Shown here: piece by piece, positions 1-39,899 of the stretch
How the letters are laid out: each line of letters begins with the position of its first letter
Position numbering within the stretch: the stretch's first letter is position 1
Position numbers and translations under genes: made by a program
Source of the DNA: Tubiluchus corallicola
Lineage: Eukaryota; Animalia; Priapulida
DNA length: 64,000 nt
Direction of reading: 5' to 3'
Assembly (NCBI GenBank): GCA_030141605.1
Contig: JAQGDQ010000054.1
Coordinates: 620,001 to 684,000, forward strand
Notes under the pieces: model-generated
Database searches by the model: none
What the model was told of the DNA's origin: nothing
The model's input: the letters and a program-made list of their open reading frames with translations, nothing else

Positions 1-1529
1 CATCTGATGAAAAAGGTTGTCTTTCCTTGATCTTCAGTGTCATATTTCTTTGCACTGTTAGAAAAGGGCGGAGATTAGACAGAGGATGCAAACGCGTTTT
101 CTGCAAAATTAATTTTGATAATAAATTTTCACCATATCGTTATTTGTCTATATTCTGTGTTTATACTGAGGTGCTGCGTAGGTTTCAGGGCTTTTTTCTC
201 ACCCGAGCTGTTAATTTTCATGTCGCTTTGCTGGAAAAAAGAACAGGACGGAGAAAAAACTTTTCCTTCGCGGAAACTACGGTAGCATGCATTAACTTTT
301 CTTTTACAAACTTACTGTTATAAATTTTCCTTCGTTTATATGTTTTCAAAGACATCTAAGAAAATGGTTATTCATAACTTAGCCGGCTGTACGTCCTTAA
401 ACCCACGCAGGTGACAGTTGCATCATCTTATAACTTAATGCGACAATCTCAAATGTTGACCAGTCATCCACGGTTTTGCTCTGTTGTCGAGTCACTCAAG
501 GTGCTCTTCTTCCCTGTTTTGCTGGTATCGTCAGTCATCGAAGCCCATTAACATCAAAGCGTTGTCAAGACTGATTCATGTTATGTACATCAAAAGCTCC
601 AGAAAGTAATCATAATTATAGGTGGGATTGCATGGAATTAATGCCAAATAATTACTGTGGCCGGAATCATACGAACTGAATTAAATTGTCTTGTTTTTTT
701 TACAATTCATTACTGAGTATGTATTGGCAGCTAGGAGGCCATTCATGTGCTTACAGTACGCTGTACAGTTCTTATCACAATTTTCTGTATATATACACAG
801 CTGGCAGTCTATGATGATCAAACAAGGCATTAAATAACTTGGTCTGCCAAATATTATATTGTTTTAATCTATTTGACTTTTTTGTACTTTGTCACATTAA
901 GCCCATAACCTTTTTCGCCATTTTCGAGACTACATCTTTGGCTATTATCCATTTGCAGCTGCTGTTTTAAAATAGTGGGCGTGTGGTTTGACGGTTAAAA
1001 TTCTTTGCACATAGGCCTATTGTAGTCCATGGAATTATACAGTACTAGATGCAGTGTTAGTTGACCAATTTAGATAGCCAATGCCAATTGACGACAACGA
1101 TATTTGTTTGTTATTTACTCGTGGTTTCTGCATGCAATCGTTACGTGGCACTTTGGTCCGCGTTAATCTCTTGTAAATCGTTCTATCTATAGCTGCTTTC
1201 TGAGCAAAAAGCAAATCTGAACGATTTGTACCAAGCTGTGTAAACCAGAGATGAAGCTCAAACCATCAAAAGTGTTTGCGTTTAGTGACCGCTTTTTCTA
1301 GAATTTACTCGGCATTAGACAATATAGCTGGTGACAAGAAAAAAGTGAAATACCCACTTTGGACGTTCAGCCAAGAGGAACAGTGAAGCATTTGGACTTG
1401 GTTTTGAATTGGACATTGCTTTTGGATTGGTGTTTCATTTTCCGGATGTGAATCCAGTGGGTCTGGTTAATGTCATATTGGTGAAATATGTTTGCGCAGT
1501 GTATTGTAGTCTTTTTAAGAAGACTTTGA

Positions 1530-1598
1530 ATGAGTTTATTGAAGAATATGAAAAAAGCGTGTGATTCACGCCGTCCAGGACCTGGATTTAGACAACTG
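1530..1598 (+). CDS. Candidate first coding exon of the DPP gene (MSLLKNMKKACDSRRPGPGFRQL)
   Basis: ATG at 1530, 23 codons, then CTG|GTAAGA phase-0 donor at 1599; joins in frame to the phase-0 acceptor at 8803. No transcript evidence. Confidence 0.5.
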
Positions 1599-1900
1599 GT
1601 AAGACACACACTACGGCATTTATATTGTTGTTTAGTTGGTAACGAATTGTGTAATATTTTGAATAAAAAGGGCAAATCTTAAGACATAACTCGTATAAAT
1701 ATATTGCAATTTCCAAGCTGTGAAAGTGGCAATTTGCACAAATACATAAAATTAATTGCAATGTTTCTGAACCCATGCCTTGTACATTATTAGTGTGCAG
1801 AATTATTGTACATACATTAGTTTCTTTTTTCGTTAACCTAATGGTTCTTCTTTCTTGACTAAAGATTTTCATTTTCATTATGAAACGAAAACGCTATTTG

Positions 1901-1901
<1 letters not shown>

Positions 1902-1965
<64 letters not shown>

Positions 1966-2031
1966 AATGGTGATGATGATGACGATGATGATAGTTAAGA
2001 TGGTAGTTATGATAGTGATGGTGGTGATGAT
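1902..2031. repeat. (CTG)n microsatellite followed by a degenerate (ATG)n tract
   Basis: About 21 perfect TGC units at 1902-1965, then GAT/GGT-rich triplets; explains the poly-L and poly-H ORFs. Confidence 0.97.
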
Positions 2032-5000
2032 GCAAGGAAGTGACTCGAAAACTACAGTATAGAGAACATGTCGTAAAAATAAGTAGCATATATGATGTGC
2101 TCTTTTCTGATTCTGAATATAATGATATTATAATGACACTCAAAATAAGTTTACCACATTTGGTAAACACTTCTTATTAGGCTTATGTCTACTTTAGTCT
2201 GACTAAACTGTAATGGTTAAGGTAATTGTCAAGCTGCCTTGCACAAATAAAGACAACTTGCATCCACATGGCAAAACTTATCAAATAAATTAGCAATATT
2301 CGCTTTTTTTGCTTCTCTTAGTATATCATGCTATTGCATGTAGCAGTGCTGCCACCTGCAAACTGCAATTTGCTTTATTGGTTATGAAAATGGAGCTTGA
2401 TTGCCGGAGTTTTACGACGCTGTTGGAACTTTTGATTATTTTGCTATCTAGATTTTTATCGTACTGAACACACAGTGAACAGGCTTTAACTTCAAAATTC
2501 GTTTTTGCTGATAGAAACCAAGAGGGAGACGGCGGAGGCTCAGATGTTTTATGTAATGCAATACGTTATTTTGATGAGTATCAAGCCAGTACAAACCAGC
2601 TTGTCTGATTTCCACGCTTTTTAAAATTGTTTATTTCTATTTCTGTAACCGCAGACTATTTCTATATTCATTATTCACAAATCGTTGACTTGCAAGCGTT
2701 TCAATACACTTGTCCAAAACCTAAAATAAGAAATTTTACTAATATAAAAATATTCACAAGGAATTCCATGTAGAGTGCGAAAATTTAAAAAAAATAATAC
2801 CAATTTTTTAATGTGTAAACACCAAGTATTTGAATAAATGCGTAAGCACTGAAAGCATTTTCTTTAAGGCTGGGCTTGCATTTTAAGAAAAACGCCTAGG
2901 GACTTTGAAGTAATTACAGTCGCTAATGAACTTAAATGAAGAATTATTGGCGAATATATGCTCGATGCAGCCTGCTGAAGATAAAATCAAGTCTGTTCAG
3001 TGATGCATGCGCTTACTGCCCGCTGTCTCAGTCAGCAAGTTTAATGAAGTCTTCATCGTTTCTGCAAATATCATGCTTCGATGGAGTCATGGTAAATTTG
3101 AAGATAAAATCGATATTGCTTTCTTAGTTTTCTCCAACTGGTGCCGTGTTTTTGAAGGGCAGTATACGAGATTTCTTGCTTGGCTCTACTGATTAGAAAA
3201 AATAATGTGGTTTGAAAGTTGTTAATAATGTTTATAAGACTCCCGAAGGGAGTTTTATTTTTTGTTTTGTAAAGTTCAAAGTCGGCAAGCTAAAAGCACT
3301 CATAATATCTAGCTAAAAATAGATGAACTTTAACTTACATTAGTAACCTGCCTATAATAAATTTAAATAAAAAATATAATTTTATGAACAATCTTAATAG
3401 CACGCAGATTATAATAATATACGTAAAAATTTGTTTGGAGAGGAGCATGGGTAATATGTATACAGGTTTACACATAAAACGATTAAAATTACAGTAGTAC
3501 GTCAGTCTTAGATGATCTCTTGCAAAAAAGGGTGTAATTGTTTGAGTTCACAATAGGTGGGTCAAATACGTAGTCTTTTTTGCCCTAGAAAGGCCTTGAA
3601 ATATATGAAGTTTTAGGTGTCAAAGTTTTAGGTATTTCAGTTTGTTATGTCAGTCACTCCGTAAGTTAATATTCTGCATTTGCCGCCACCATTACCTCCG
3701 CAACTGCATTTAATTGTGCACACAGCGTTAATCAAGCATTAGTAAAAACTGCTTCATCATCACTGCAGACTCGATCACGAGGCTTCGCTTTTACGTCTTA
3801 TGAACAAGTCACATCTCCTATTCACAAGACCTAAAACGTTTTTCTTTTAATGCATCTTTCAAGTTATCACTTGTATTACACAGCGGCTATTGAGTTAGAA
3901 AGCCCAGAGGAGATGCTCTAACCAAATCAATAAATCTCAGCAAGGCGTCCTTTAGCATGGGGCTGGGATACAACCATGGAGTATAAGACTTAATTCTCTG
4001 CACAAATATCTTGTTAGGCTGAATTAATTCAGAAGACCAGCTTTCTTCGTATCTTAGAAGAGCATTTCGACGGCTGAAAATATTATGCGCTTGGCACACG
4101 AGCAATTTAAACGCGGCATACGATTTTTTCACTGAAATAATCCTAGTAACTTGGAGTCATTTATAAACAAAACTACAGTTGGATAGATACTTATAAAAAA
4201 TTATGAATGCAGCTTAACTGTGTGTAGTGATATAGAATGAAATGACAATCTACAGTAAATACTATTGTAATAAGTTAATAAGTCTCTACTAATTCTTTAA
4301 AAAAATTATGAAAATGCACTAATAAGAATGTCAACTATCACGTTCCTGTCCCAGATGCTAAGAGTTTGGTGAGTTTGGTCTCCCGGGTCCTTAAAATTTT
4401 TGGTGAATTCGTTTAGGTAGTAGTAATAAATAAATATAAATGTAATAAATTCCTCCCAAAACATTGTATTTCAGTTAATAATGAAATAACAAAAAAATTC
4501 AATCAAAGTAAAGCCTGGTAGTCAACGACTACAATATATTATAGTCGACTACACCCGTATATATATATTAACAGCAACTACACCCGTATACTGTTTAAAA
4601 GTATGACACGCTGTACCAATACACCTTCTCGTACCCCTACAATCGCACAATAATACGTTCATATGTTATATAATGGTTTTAATCCGGGCTTTTATATTAA
4701 CATCATGCGCTAATAAGAATTAGACTACTCAGTTTCGTGTAACTCCTGCTGTTAAAATGTTCTATATTCTCTCCATGCGGGTATATTGCTGTTACAGCTA
4801 ATTAATCATCCGGCTTAATTTCATATAAATCCGGCCGAAAATCCGAGATCTGAAGTAAAAACCGCTTCGCGATAAATGCAGTTTAATAATATGATTGACT
4901 TTTCAAACATTGCGACAGAAATTTGAAAATCCATAGGTTTGAATTATGATTTTAAATTGTAATTATAATTATGACACCGAGAAAATTGAGATGCATACGA

Positions 5001-5759
5001 TTAGGTGCCCAACAATTTCTAGGAAATTCAAATCAGTGCGCTGTTGCATAATAATCTGCCAATATAATTAGCTAGACCCCGAAGTTCTGAGCTCGCAAAA
5101 CTAAACAGTGCATTTATGTGCGTCAGTATAGGAGACTAGTTAATGTACGAAACCACAGTTTCCCCGTGTATTTCACAATCAAATTTACTGATGTTAATTT
5201 GTGACAATGTACTTGCTATACCTTGCAACGGAATTGTATAGAAAATCATACCGGTAAATGAAACATCTTACTGTTTTCAATTTGTTATTTCTAAACATGT
5301 TAACTACACATTACGGTTGGTTTAAAACAGGAAGTTTTTCATCTTGCTTCAACTGGTTCGTAATGAATCGTTGGTCATTTTTTTGAATTTGTAGAAAATT
5401 TGCCAATTCTGATTTGAGTAGAGTAAAATGAACCCAGATTTTAAAAAATGGTGCATTATAATGATTTCGTTTAAAGTCAGGACGTTTGCAAGTATACAGA
5501 TCAATATTCTGACAATTTTTTTATAAATCAGAGGCCGCTGGTAAGCTGCTTATGTTCGCAGGGCATACAAATATAGGTGGTCGTAGCAGGACCGAAATCT
5601 AGCTAATTTTCAAGAATAAACTTATCGGATGACGCATCGAACTGGCAATGGGGTCTTATTCAAGTTCAGATGTGTACAAAACCTAGTTCAATTAGAGATA
5701 TAGCTACATGTCAGACAGATGAAACTTTTTCGAAGCATTCTTCCCTGAGGCCACCCACC

Positions 5760-5800
5760 TATTTAAAAGCAAGTGCAGTATTGTTTAACTACGCAGACGA
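5760..5800 (+). promoter_or_regulatory. Possible TATA-type core promoter for a DPP isoform
   Basis: CCACCCACC-TATTTAAAA at ~5752-5768, followed by a UTR-like stretch ending in a donor-like site at 6141; motif only. Confidence 0.2.
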
Positions 5801-6258
5801 CCACACACTTTGTTCACCCAGCACTTCATTTCGCTTTCGCCTTAGAAAACCAAGTCTCCATCACTTTGCGATATCATATTTTGCTGCTTTGGAATTTTTC
5901 ACTCTGACAGAAACGTCTGTTGCTGTTTTGGAATTTGGGGAAGATCACGTATTCAGTGCGTCGTTTCAAGTTCCGGTTTTATGAAACACCATAAATGCTT
6001 TTACACATGGCAGAAATAAAGCTAGTAAAGCACAACTGTATTGCACACAAGCAAATCAGTTTTCCAATACTTCAGTAATCGACACGCAATGGACACGATT
6101 TCGACAAGACATCAAATATAGAATTCATTTTCACGAAACCGTAAATATCTTTTATACTCAGTCCTTTATTGTGCAATGATTTGACTCGATTTCTGATTAC
6201 GTTCTTTTATTATATGTATATTATGTTTTGGTTATCCTAATTAATGTCTTAGAATAAT

Positions 6259-6291
6259 ATGATGCTATTGCCAACTATCACTCCAGGTATG
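6259..6291 (+). CDS. Candidate alternative first coding exon of the DPP gene (MMLLPTITPGM)
   Basis: AG at 6251-6252, ATG at 6259, ATG|GTAATT phase-0 donor at 6292, in frame with exon 8803; possible upstream UTR exon ending ACC|GTAAAT at 6140. Confidence 0.25.
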
Positions 6292-6389
6292 GTAATTATG
6301 ACTGACTGGTGTCCATCCGTGGACGCAACATAAAATTACATACATTGTACCCCTGTGCATGTATTGTTTTAGTGTTGGTGAATAAAGAT

Positions 6390-6504
6390 TCTCTCTCTCT
6401 CTCTCTGTCTTCTCTCTTCTCTCTCGTGCATGCGTGTTTGTCTGTCTGTTTGTCTGCCTGCCTGTTTGTCTGTCTGTCTGCCTGTCTGTCTATCTATTTA
6501 TCTA

Positions 6505-6603
<99 letters not shown>

Positions 6604-6632
6604 GTCTATCTGTCTGTCTGTCTGTCTGTCTA

Positions 6633-6673
<41 letters not shown>

Positions 6674-6674
6674 G

Positions 6675-6744
<70 letters not shown>

Positions 6745-6745
6745 G

Positions 6746-6792
<47 letters not shown>

Positions 6793-6801
6793 GATCTATC
6801 G

Positions 6802-6844
<43 letters not shown>

Positions 6845-6901
6845 GATCTATCGATCTATCGATCTATCGATCTATCGATCTATCGATCTATCGATCTATC
6901 G

Positions 6902-6957
<56 letters not shown>
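6390..6957. repeat. Compound microsatellite (CT)n-(TCTG)n-(TCTA)n with (TCGATCTA)n variant
   Basis: Directly visible; explains the three overlapping LSVC/LSIY ORFs. Confidence 0.98.
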
Positions 6958-6958
<1 letters not shown>

Positions 6959-7620
6959 ACTAGATTCCGTGAATTACTGAATTCACTTAGTTCACGTATA
7001 TAGTGCACGCTTTAATAAGTTAACCATTATTATTACTTATTTCCTGTCAGAAGTCTCACAAATGCTCTTAATTGTCATTTCTGTCAGAATTGTTTGTCAC
7101 GAAGCCATTGTGCGTTGGGAAACCATGTGCACGTAAGCGGCGGCAATGTTCGTCGCGTAACGAGCTCCTAACGGACAATGTACCTGCCTAGCCAGTGACT
7201 TTCTGTTGTGTAGACAGGTCGTTAAGTGACGGCGATTTATTGTCGAAAGATGTACACTTGCAAACAAATAATGTCGGTAGTGCTGGGTTTTACACGGTTT
7301 TTAATCGATTTTGTCAGCTGCGTTGCTCTTGCAGCCATGTCTTCTTGCAAGAGTCTGAGGAATTCATTGAATACATTTTTTCTGTCATATCGGTCTGTTT
7401 TAGTTACGGAGGAAGGTCTCGGTTATTAGGGTTATTAATATTGTAGGAAACTGTCTGCATTTGTTACAACCTCCAACTCATAGTAGTCTGTCTGTCTGTG
7501 TGACTTTATATGTGTTTTCTGTGAAGTTTTTACACTTATAACAGAACGCACAGCCAGCTCATAACTGCTCTACTTGCTAACTTATTTTTTGTAATTGGTC
7601 AGTTAAGTTTAATTCGTTAA

Positions 7621-8249
7621 AGCACAAGAAAACCCGTCATAAACATAAAGCTTAAAAAATTCGTCTTGAAAGTTTATACCACTTACGTACTGCCTTTTTA
7701 CATACAGGACTTCAATTGGTAGTCACTCTGTATAAAACATGTAAATTTAAACTCACGCGATGGCTGTCAGGCGCAGCCATTTTGACGACAGGACATTTGA
7801 AACACGTTCAGATAACATTGTGTGAAGTTTGAAAAAATAACCAGAGCATTCGTAGCACACATGTTGCTAACTGAGTAAAATTTTAAATTACTGTATCTTG
7901 TCAATAAGATTAAAAATACGTTTTTGTTAGTGCCTGGTGCACCCTGGAGGGTGAGTCAGCGACATTTTACCAATTGGTGAAAACATTTTAAATAATTAAA
8001 AATTTTCTTTTCTAGCTGCATAAGTCTTTCCAGCGGGTAAGCGAAAAAGGGACATAATTTAACATTGCCTATTCTTCCCCTGATTTACATTTGCGTAGTA
8101 ATGGCGGCTTCGGAACAGTATTGCGGGAGATTTAAAACGAAAATTACTTTCAATGCGAGTACGATATATACACAAAATTGCTATAAAGTAATGTAATTTT
8201 TCAAGGCGATTTTTCTGAAACCTACTTTAGGTACCCCTTTTCTTGTTCT
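7621..8249 (+). mobile_element. Non-autonomous TTAA-TSD DNA transposon (Kolobok/T2-MITE-like), copy 1
   Basis: TTAA|AGCACAAGAAAA ... TTTTCTTGTTCT|TTAA; colinear with the copy at 57233-57920. Confidence 0.85.
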
Positions 8250-8802
8250 TTAAGGGTTGTTAATTATTATATTTAATTAAACAGTGATATTGATCCTGCC
8301 AACATTTAACTTATTTATTTATTACAGTATTTGTTTATTAAATCTCGTTTATATACACTGTTACTACATCAAAATGCAAGAAAAAAGGATATACACTACT
8401 TAGTTAAAATTTATAAATAAATAAAAACACTTGTTTAAGTTGACTAGGTGAATATATCGTGTAAAATTTTCCACCTCCTTCGCATTTAATACTTTTTTAA
8501 TTTCTAATGTTAGAGTAGTATACTCATAATAATTTTATGTACTGTATTATATGTAGTCATCATAAGTTATATACTAATAGCGGTTCTTGTCTCTGTATGT
8601 TCGTGTATGAGAATTACTTGCAAAGTATAGCCCCGTAGAACTTAAAATTTCAAGAAAAATATGAAAAATCACTATGCATAGGCTGTGTATCCCTACTTTG
8701 CTTGCATATTAATAAGTGTTTACACATAGCTTTCACAAGACTTCGCGAGTAATTGAATTATTTACCAATTGTTATGTTAGTGATATTTATTTTATTTTGC
8801 AG

Positions 8803-35398
<26,596 letters not shown>

Positions 35399-38300
35399 AA
35401 TTACAAGTACAAATATAATAGCACTGTATGAAACCATTCCAGTAAAACGATAATATATCACCCATGAACCTGCAATGCAAAATAATATAAAACCTACAAT
35501 CTAAAAAATTAATATGAACCATTAGTAAATATAACCCTGACTGTGATAAATACGTGCCCCCTGAATCGTATCAACTACTGTATGTGAATTAAATCAATAG
35601 AGCACAAAATGCAAGGATACATCGTGGACATGTTTTACTGCATTAATTTCTTTGACAGAATTAAAGAATTACGTAGCTTTTGTTTTTCAGTGTCTAGATT
35701 GTCTAGCCCTTTTTAGCCTTCGTTCCAATACTGTAGTTATGTTCAAAACAGAATCTAATTACATGAACGAATTCACCTCTAGGCAAATGATTTGCTAGTC
35801 TAAATTTTAAATGCCCAATCAATGTCCTGCTGGTATCTGTTTTTAGATTCACTATTCATCATGACTCGTACAGATAATTTATTGTAGAACGATTTTCTGA
35901 AATGCACACAAACTATACACTGAACCGAGATCTAATTATAAGCTGCTTGTAATTATTATGTAAAAATTGTAGTTGTAATGAAATCAGCTTCTTCCAAGAA
36001 ATGTGTCATTGTGTTGCCTTGTACTGTTGTAAATATGATGTAATATCCAATTCTGCAATAATTATATGGCACTATTATATCATAATGTGCAACTAAATTT
36101 CTGCTGAAAATAGCGGGCATGGTGTACATGTATTCAAGTGATTTGAATTTAAGTCTTATGAAAAAGTCGAATGCTCATTATAGCAAGTGTAGACACTAAA
36201 CAGGCAGATTTCTAATAGTAAGGGAAATATTCCTCAAAGACAAAAAAAGTAGACAAAGTGATTATTCCAGCAAAGTCATGGTACTAGTCATTTTTGTTGC
36301 CAACGTTTCTCAAAATGTTACTGTTACTACTTTAAAATTTTATTATTATTGTGCTGTAATATGTGTTTTTTATGCAGTTTTGCACTCTGCAACAGTGAAC
36401 CCAGCAATCAAGTGACAGACATTGTTCATACAGATGGGCTGTGACAGAACCAGAACCTAACTCGTGATCAAGAATAATCCTTTAAGAGACACTGAATGAG
36501 CAGAAGTGGTTTAGCCACATTTGGTTGATTTTTTATATATTCTGTAAATGAGTTAAATAGCCAGGGCATAGTGTGGCAGATGAAACAGTTTTCAATTTGC
36601 TGACATCTATTTGTTGGTTAACTCAGAGTTACTTAACTTCGGTCACTAAGCCCACACCCTAAGTACTTGGCTGTTCCCATTTTGGTACCGCCAGCTACGT
36701 CATTATCATGAAATTATTTCACTCCACAAAGGCACAAACATATGCAACTTATTTTAACATTAATTTAACATTAAATTTCGAAATAGTTAAAGACTGAGCA
36801 AGCTTTGCAAAATTAACTAACGGAGAACTCAAGCACTAATACTCCTATTAAATATTACCTTCGAAGGTCACATCATGATTAATATGATTTAGTAAAATGA
36901 CAGTCTTTTTGAATGTTGCTGTTGTTATTTAATTACTAAAATTAATAATTAACTATTAATTCATTTTATGTGTTGTAGCTTATAATGTTTGTGTGCACCA
37001 TTGACTCCTGAAAAAAATCTCTTTAATATGACATTATTAAAAATGTTAATCCAGCTTGCCAATTGCAACTTTTTATTTTTTTCACATGACTAAGGTTTGA
37101 GGATGCACCACTTTTGAATGTTTTCGGCAACAAAATTTAAATGTTAACAAATTATTAAAAATTTAAAATTGTGCGCAAGTATGCATAAAAACTGTTGTAA
37201 ATAATTGACAGAACCTGATTTAAATGAAAATAAATTGTTTTGTTATTTAAATACAATATTTTTCATCAAACTAGTTTTAATTAGTTATTAACGAATATGA
37301 AATAAAACTTCAATGACCATAGCACTTGTCCAAGATGTATGCTTGGATACATCATAGATGCAATAGTATCACACTAACGACCATGCTGGACTGGCTTGTA
37401 GGATACCTGTAGCGTTCCCACAGACTACATCAGTCTCGTGGTTCACATGATAAGTGACAGCATGTTTTAGCAACTACTACTCATCAAGCCAGTGCGGGAT
37501 GTTAAAGAAGTGGTACTCGGAAAGATACGATTTTAGAATTTGTTGATACAACAAGAAGACATCTACTAAAGTGATTAGTGGAAATGTATTTTATGGAAAA
37601 TAAAACCAGAAGCAGTTTAAAAGATCATAAACACATAATCAAGAGAATAAAAAAATGCAATCAAGCTTGATGCACCATAAACAGGCTGAAACTGTCTACG
37701 TAATAGTAGTAACACACAAATCCCGCCAAAATATTGTGGACACTGCACATTAAGTGCCACCTGTAATTGCTGCCATACCCTACCTAGCAAGTACAAAACA
37801 ATATTATATCTTCTACTATGATCACACTTAGTACTCTAATTCTTAAAGGAAGACTGGACGATTGTTTAGACTCAATCTCATTTTATTTTACTGTCCAAAA
37901 TATACATTTTCTTGCCTATAAAAGTTAGCAATTATTTCTTATATTTGAATAATTAGCTTAGAAAGTTAATTAATGGAACCGAACACAGCTATTGCTAACG
38001 TCAGAAACTAACCACAGTTTGTACAATGGCAGGCATCTCCCTTGCATGTCAAGCATGTTTTTGCGTGTTACTGCTTAAATGCGTGATGTTGCAAAAACGG
38101 GCTCTACAAAAAAGAAGCCGCTGCCAGTCTTAGTAAATTCACTGAGCTGCGCGTAGCTTTGAAAGTTTAACGAAATTTGAGTATCCGAGGTAATTATTAT
38201 TTAATTCAAGCTTTGATTTAAGAAAAGCTATTGTAGTTTTCAATATTTTAGTGCATTCTTTATTCTGAACTTGTGTTTACACAATCATCCGGTTTTCCTT

Positions 38301-38808
38301 TAAACAAAGTGTCACACAGAGTACTGTGCTTAAAGACTTGGGTAAGCAGACATTATATGCACTTTCAAACTATGCAGAGATGTAGGGTTACCAGGCTATT
38401 GGCTGAATGGCGATCATTGTTCCACTTCACATTGGAACAATTTAATATCTATACTTAAATTATCCTCTGTGTGTTCACAGAGCAACACAGAAAGCAACAT
38501 GTCATTCCAATGAATAATATATGACCTTAAAATCTGCCTTAGCCCCACAAGGCAGCAAATAACTTAGTTAGCAATTGACATGACATACTCTCTGTTTAAT
38601 AAACATGGTTCCTATGCAGGGCATAGACTAGGTGTAGATGTAACTCAATTTTAGGAAAGCTAAAAAAATGACATACCAACAATAATATTTAAAACATTGC
38701 AAAATAAATTAATGTAACAACAACAAAATTCATACAAATTTACACAAGCAAGACCATGCAAAGCTATACATATTAAAGCTATCAACAACGATTCACAAAA
38801 ACGCAGAA

Positions 38809-39844
38809 TTACCTAATACCTGGTTTATTGTAGAAGAGAAAGTCATTGATGTCATTCCATTTATTGCTGTCATGATACAAGTAAGTCATGGAGTTTTGCA
38901 GTGAATCCTGCAGAGTTTCCTGATGATATTCAAACAACCACAAAACAACACCCCAAACTATCGCAGAAAATAATGGAAAGTAGTCCTCCTTTGGCTCAGG
39001 AAGGTATCCTTTCTTTACACCAACTTTTGCTAACCCAAACAAAATTCTTGAAAACAAATACAAGTTGATCTGAAAAAGAATAAAATGCAAACTGATAAAT
39101 AAAATGGAAAATTTTGCATGAAATAATGCTCACTCGCAAACCTAACAAAGATACCATTACAGGCCAAAGCGAAAGTTTTAAAGGAATGGTAACAACTAAG
39201 TTTTTGAAATCTCGATGCTTTTAATGTGCCACAAGAGTACTGGTCATTCAGCTGCTAGAGTGGTTGTACTTTGACAATAAACTACAAATGGTAATCGATT
39301 GCAGCACTTCACAAAATCATAAGTAACAGTGTTGCAATGTACATAATAAGTGTTAACAGTGCAGGAAAATTGTGCACTTACTTAGGTAAACCTCATACTA
39401 CGAACTTATACAAACTAGCTATTTTTCCTATAAATTTTGAGGATGCCATACATAAATGTAAAATTACACAACTTCACTAATATGAAATGAGAAATCTGGT
39501 TGATATACCTGCATGTTTACAGGATTTCTTACACCCCAAATGTAATATCCACCGATAAATGCCGCTATAAAGGAATGTATTTGCCTTTCCCCATTCTGAT
39601 ACCATTTCATCATTAATACTAAAGACTTGTACAGGAAGACAAAGCTAGCTAGATTCTTGGAATGCTGCTTGGTAGCTCGCCATATAATCCGCAACTTATC
39701 GAAAAAGCTGAAAAAATATCAACTGTAACATAATTTTTGCAAGTGGCAATCCATTAGTAATAGCATTTCATTTCGTGACAATTCATTTTAAAAACGATGC
39801 TTGGCAACTGCAATCAGCTTCTAGATGGGTGTAAGATATATATG

Positions 39845-39899
<55 letters not shown>

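Noticed and set aside
1367-1675. Minus-strand ORF containing NPGP (possible 2A motif)
   Set aside because: Lacks the D/G-x-E core and has no retroelement context; it is the antisense of the candidate DPP first exon.
1880-2170. Poly-Leu and poly-His ORFs
   Set aside because: Products of CTG/ATG triplet repeats.
6309-7003. Three overlapping long ORFs (LSVC/LSIY repeats)
   Set aside because: Translation of a stop-free tetranucleotide microsatellite.
7338-7429. GCAGCCATG-initiated ORF as a DPP first exon
   Set aside because: No convincing phase-0 donor before the stop codon.
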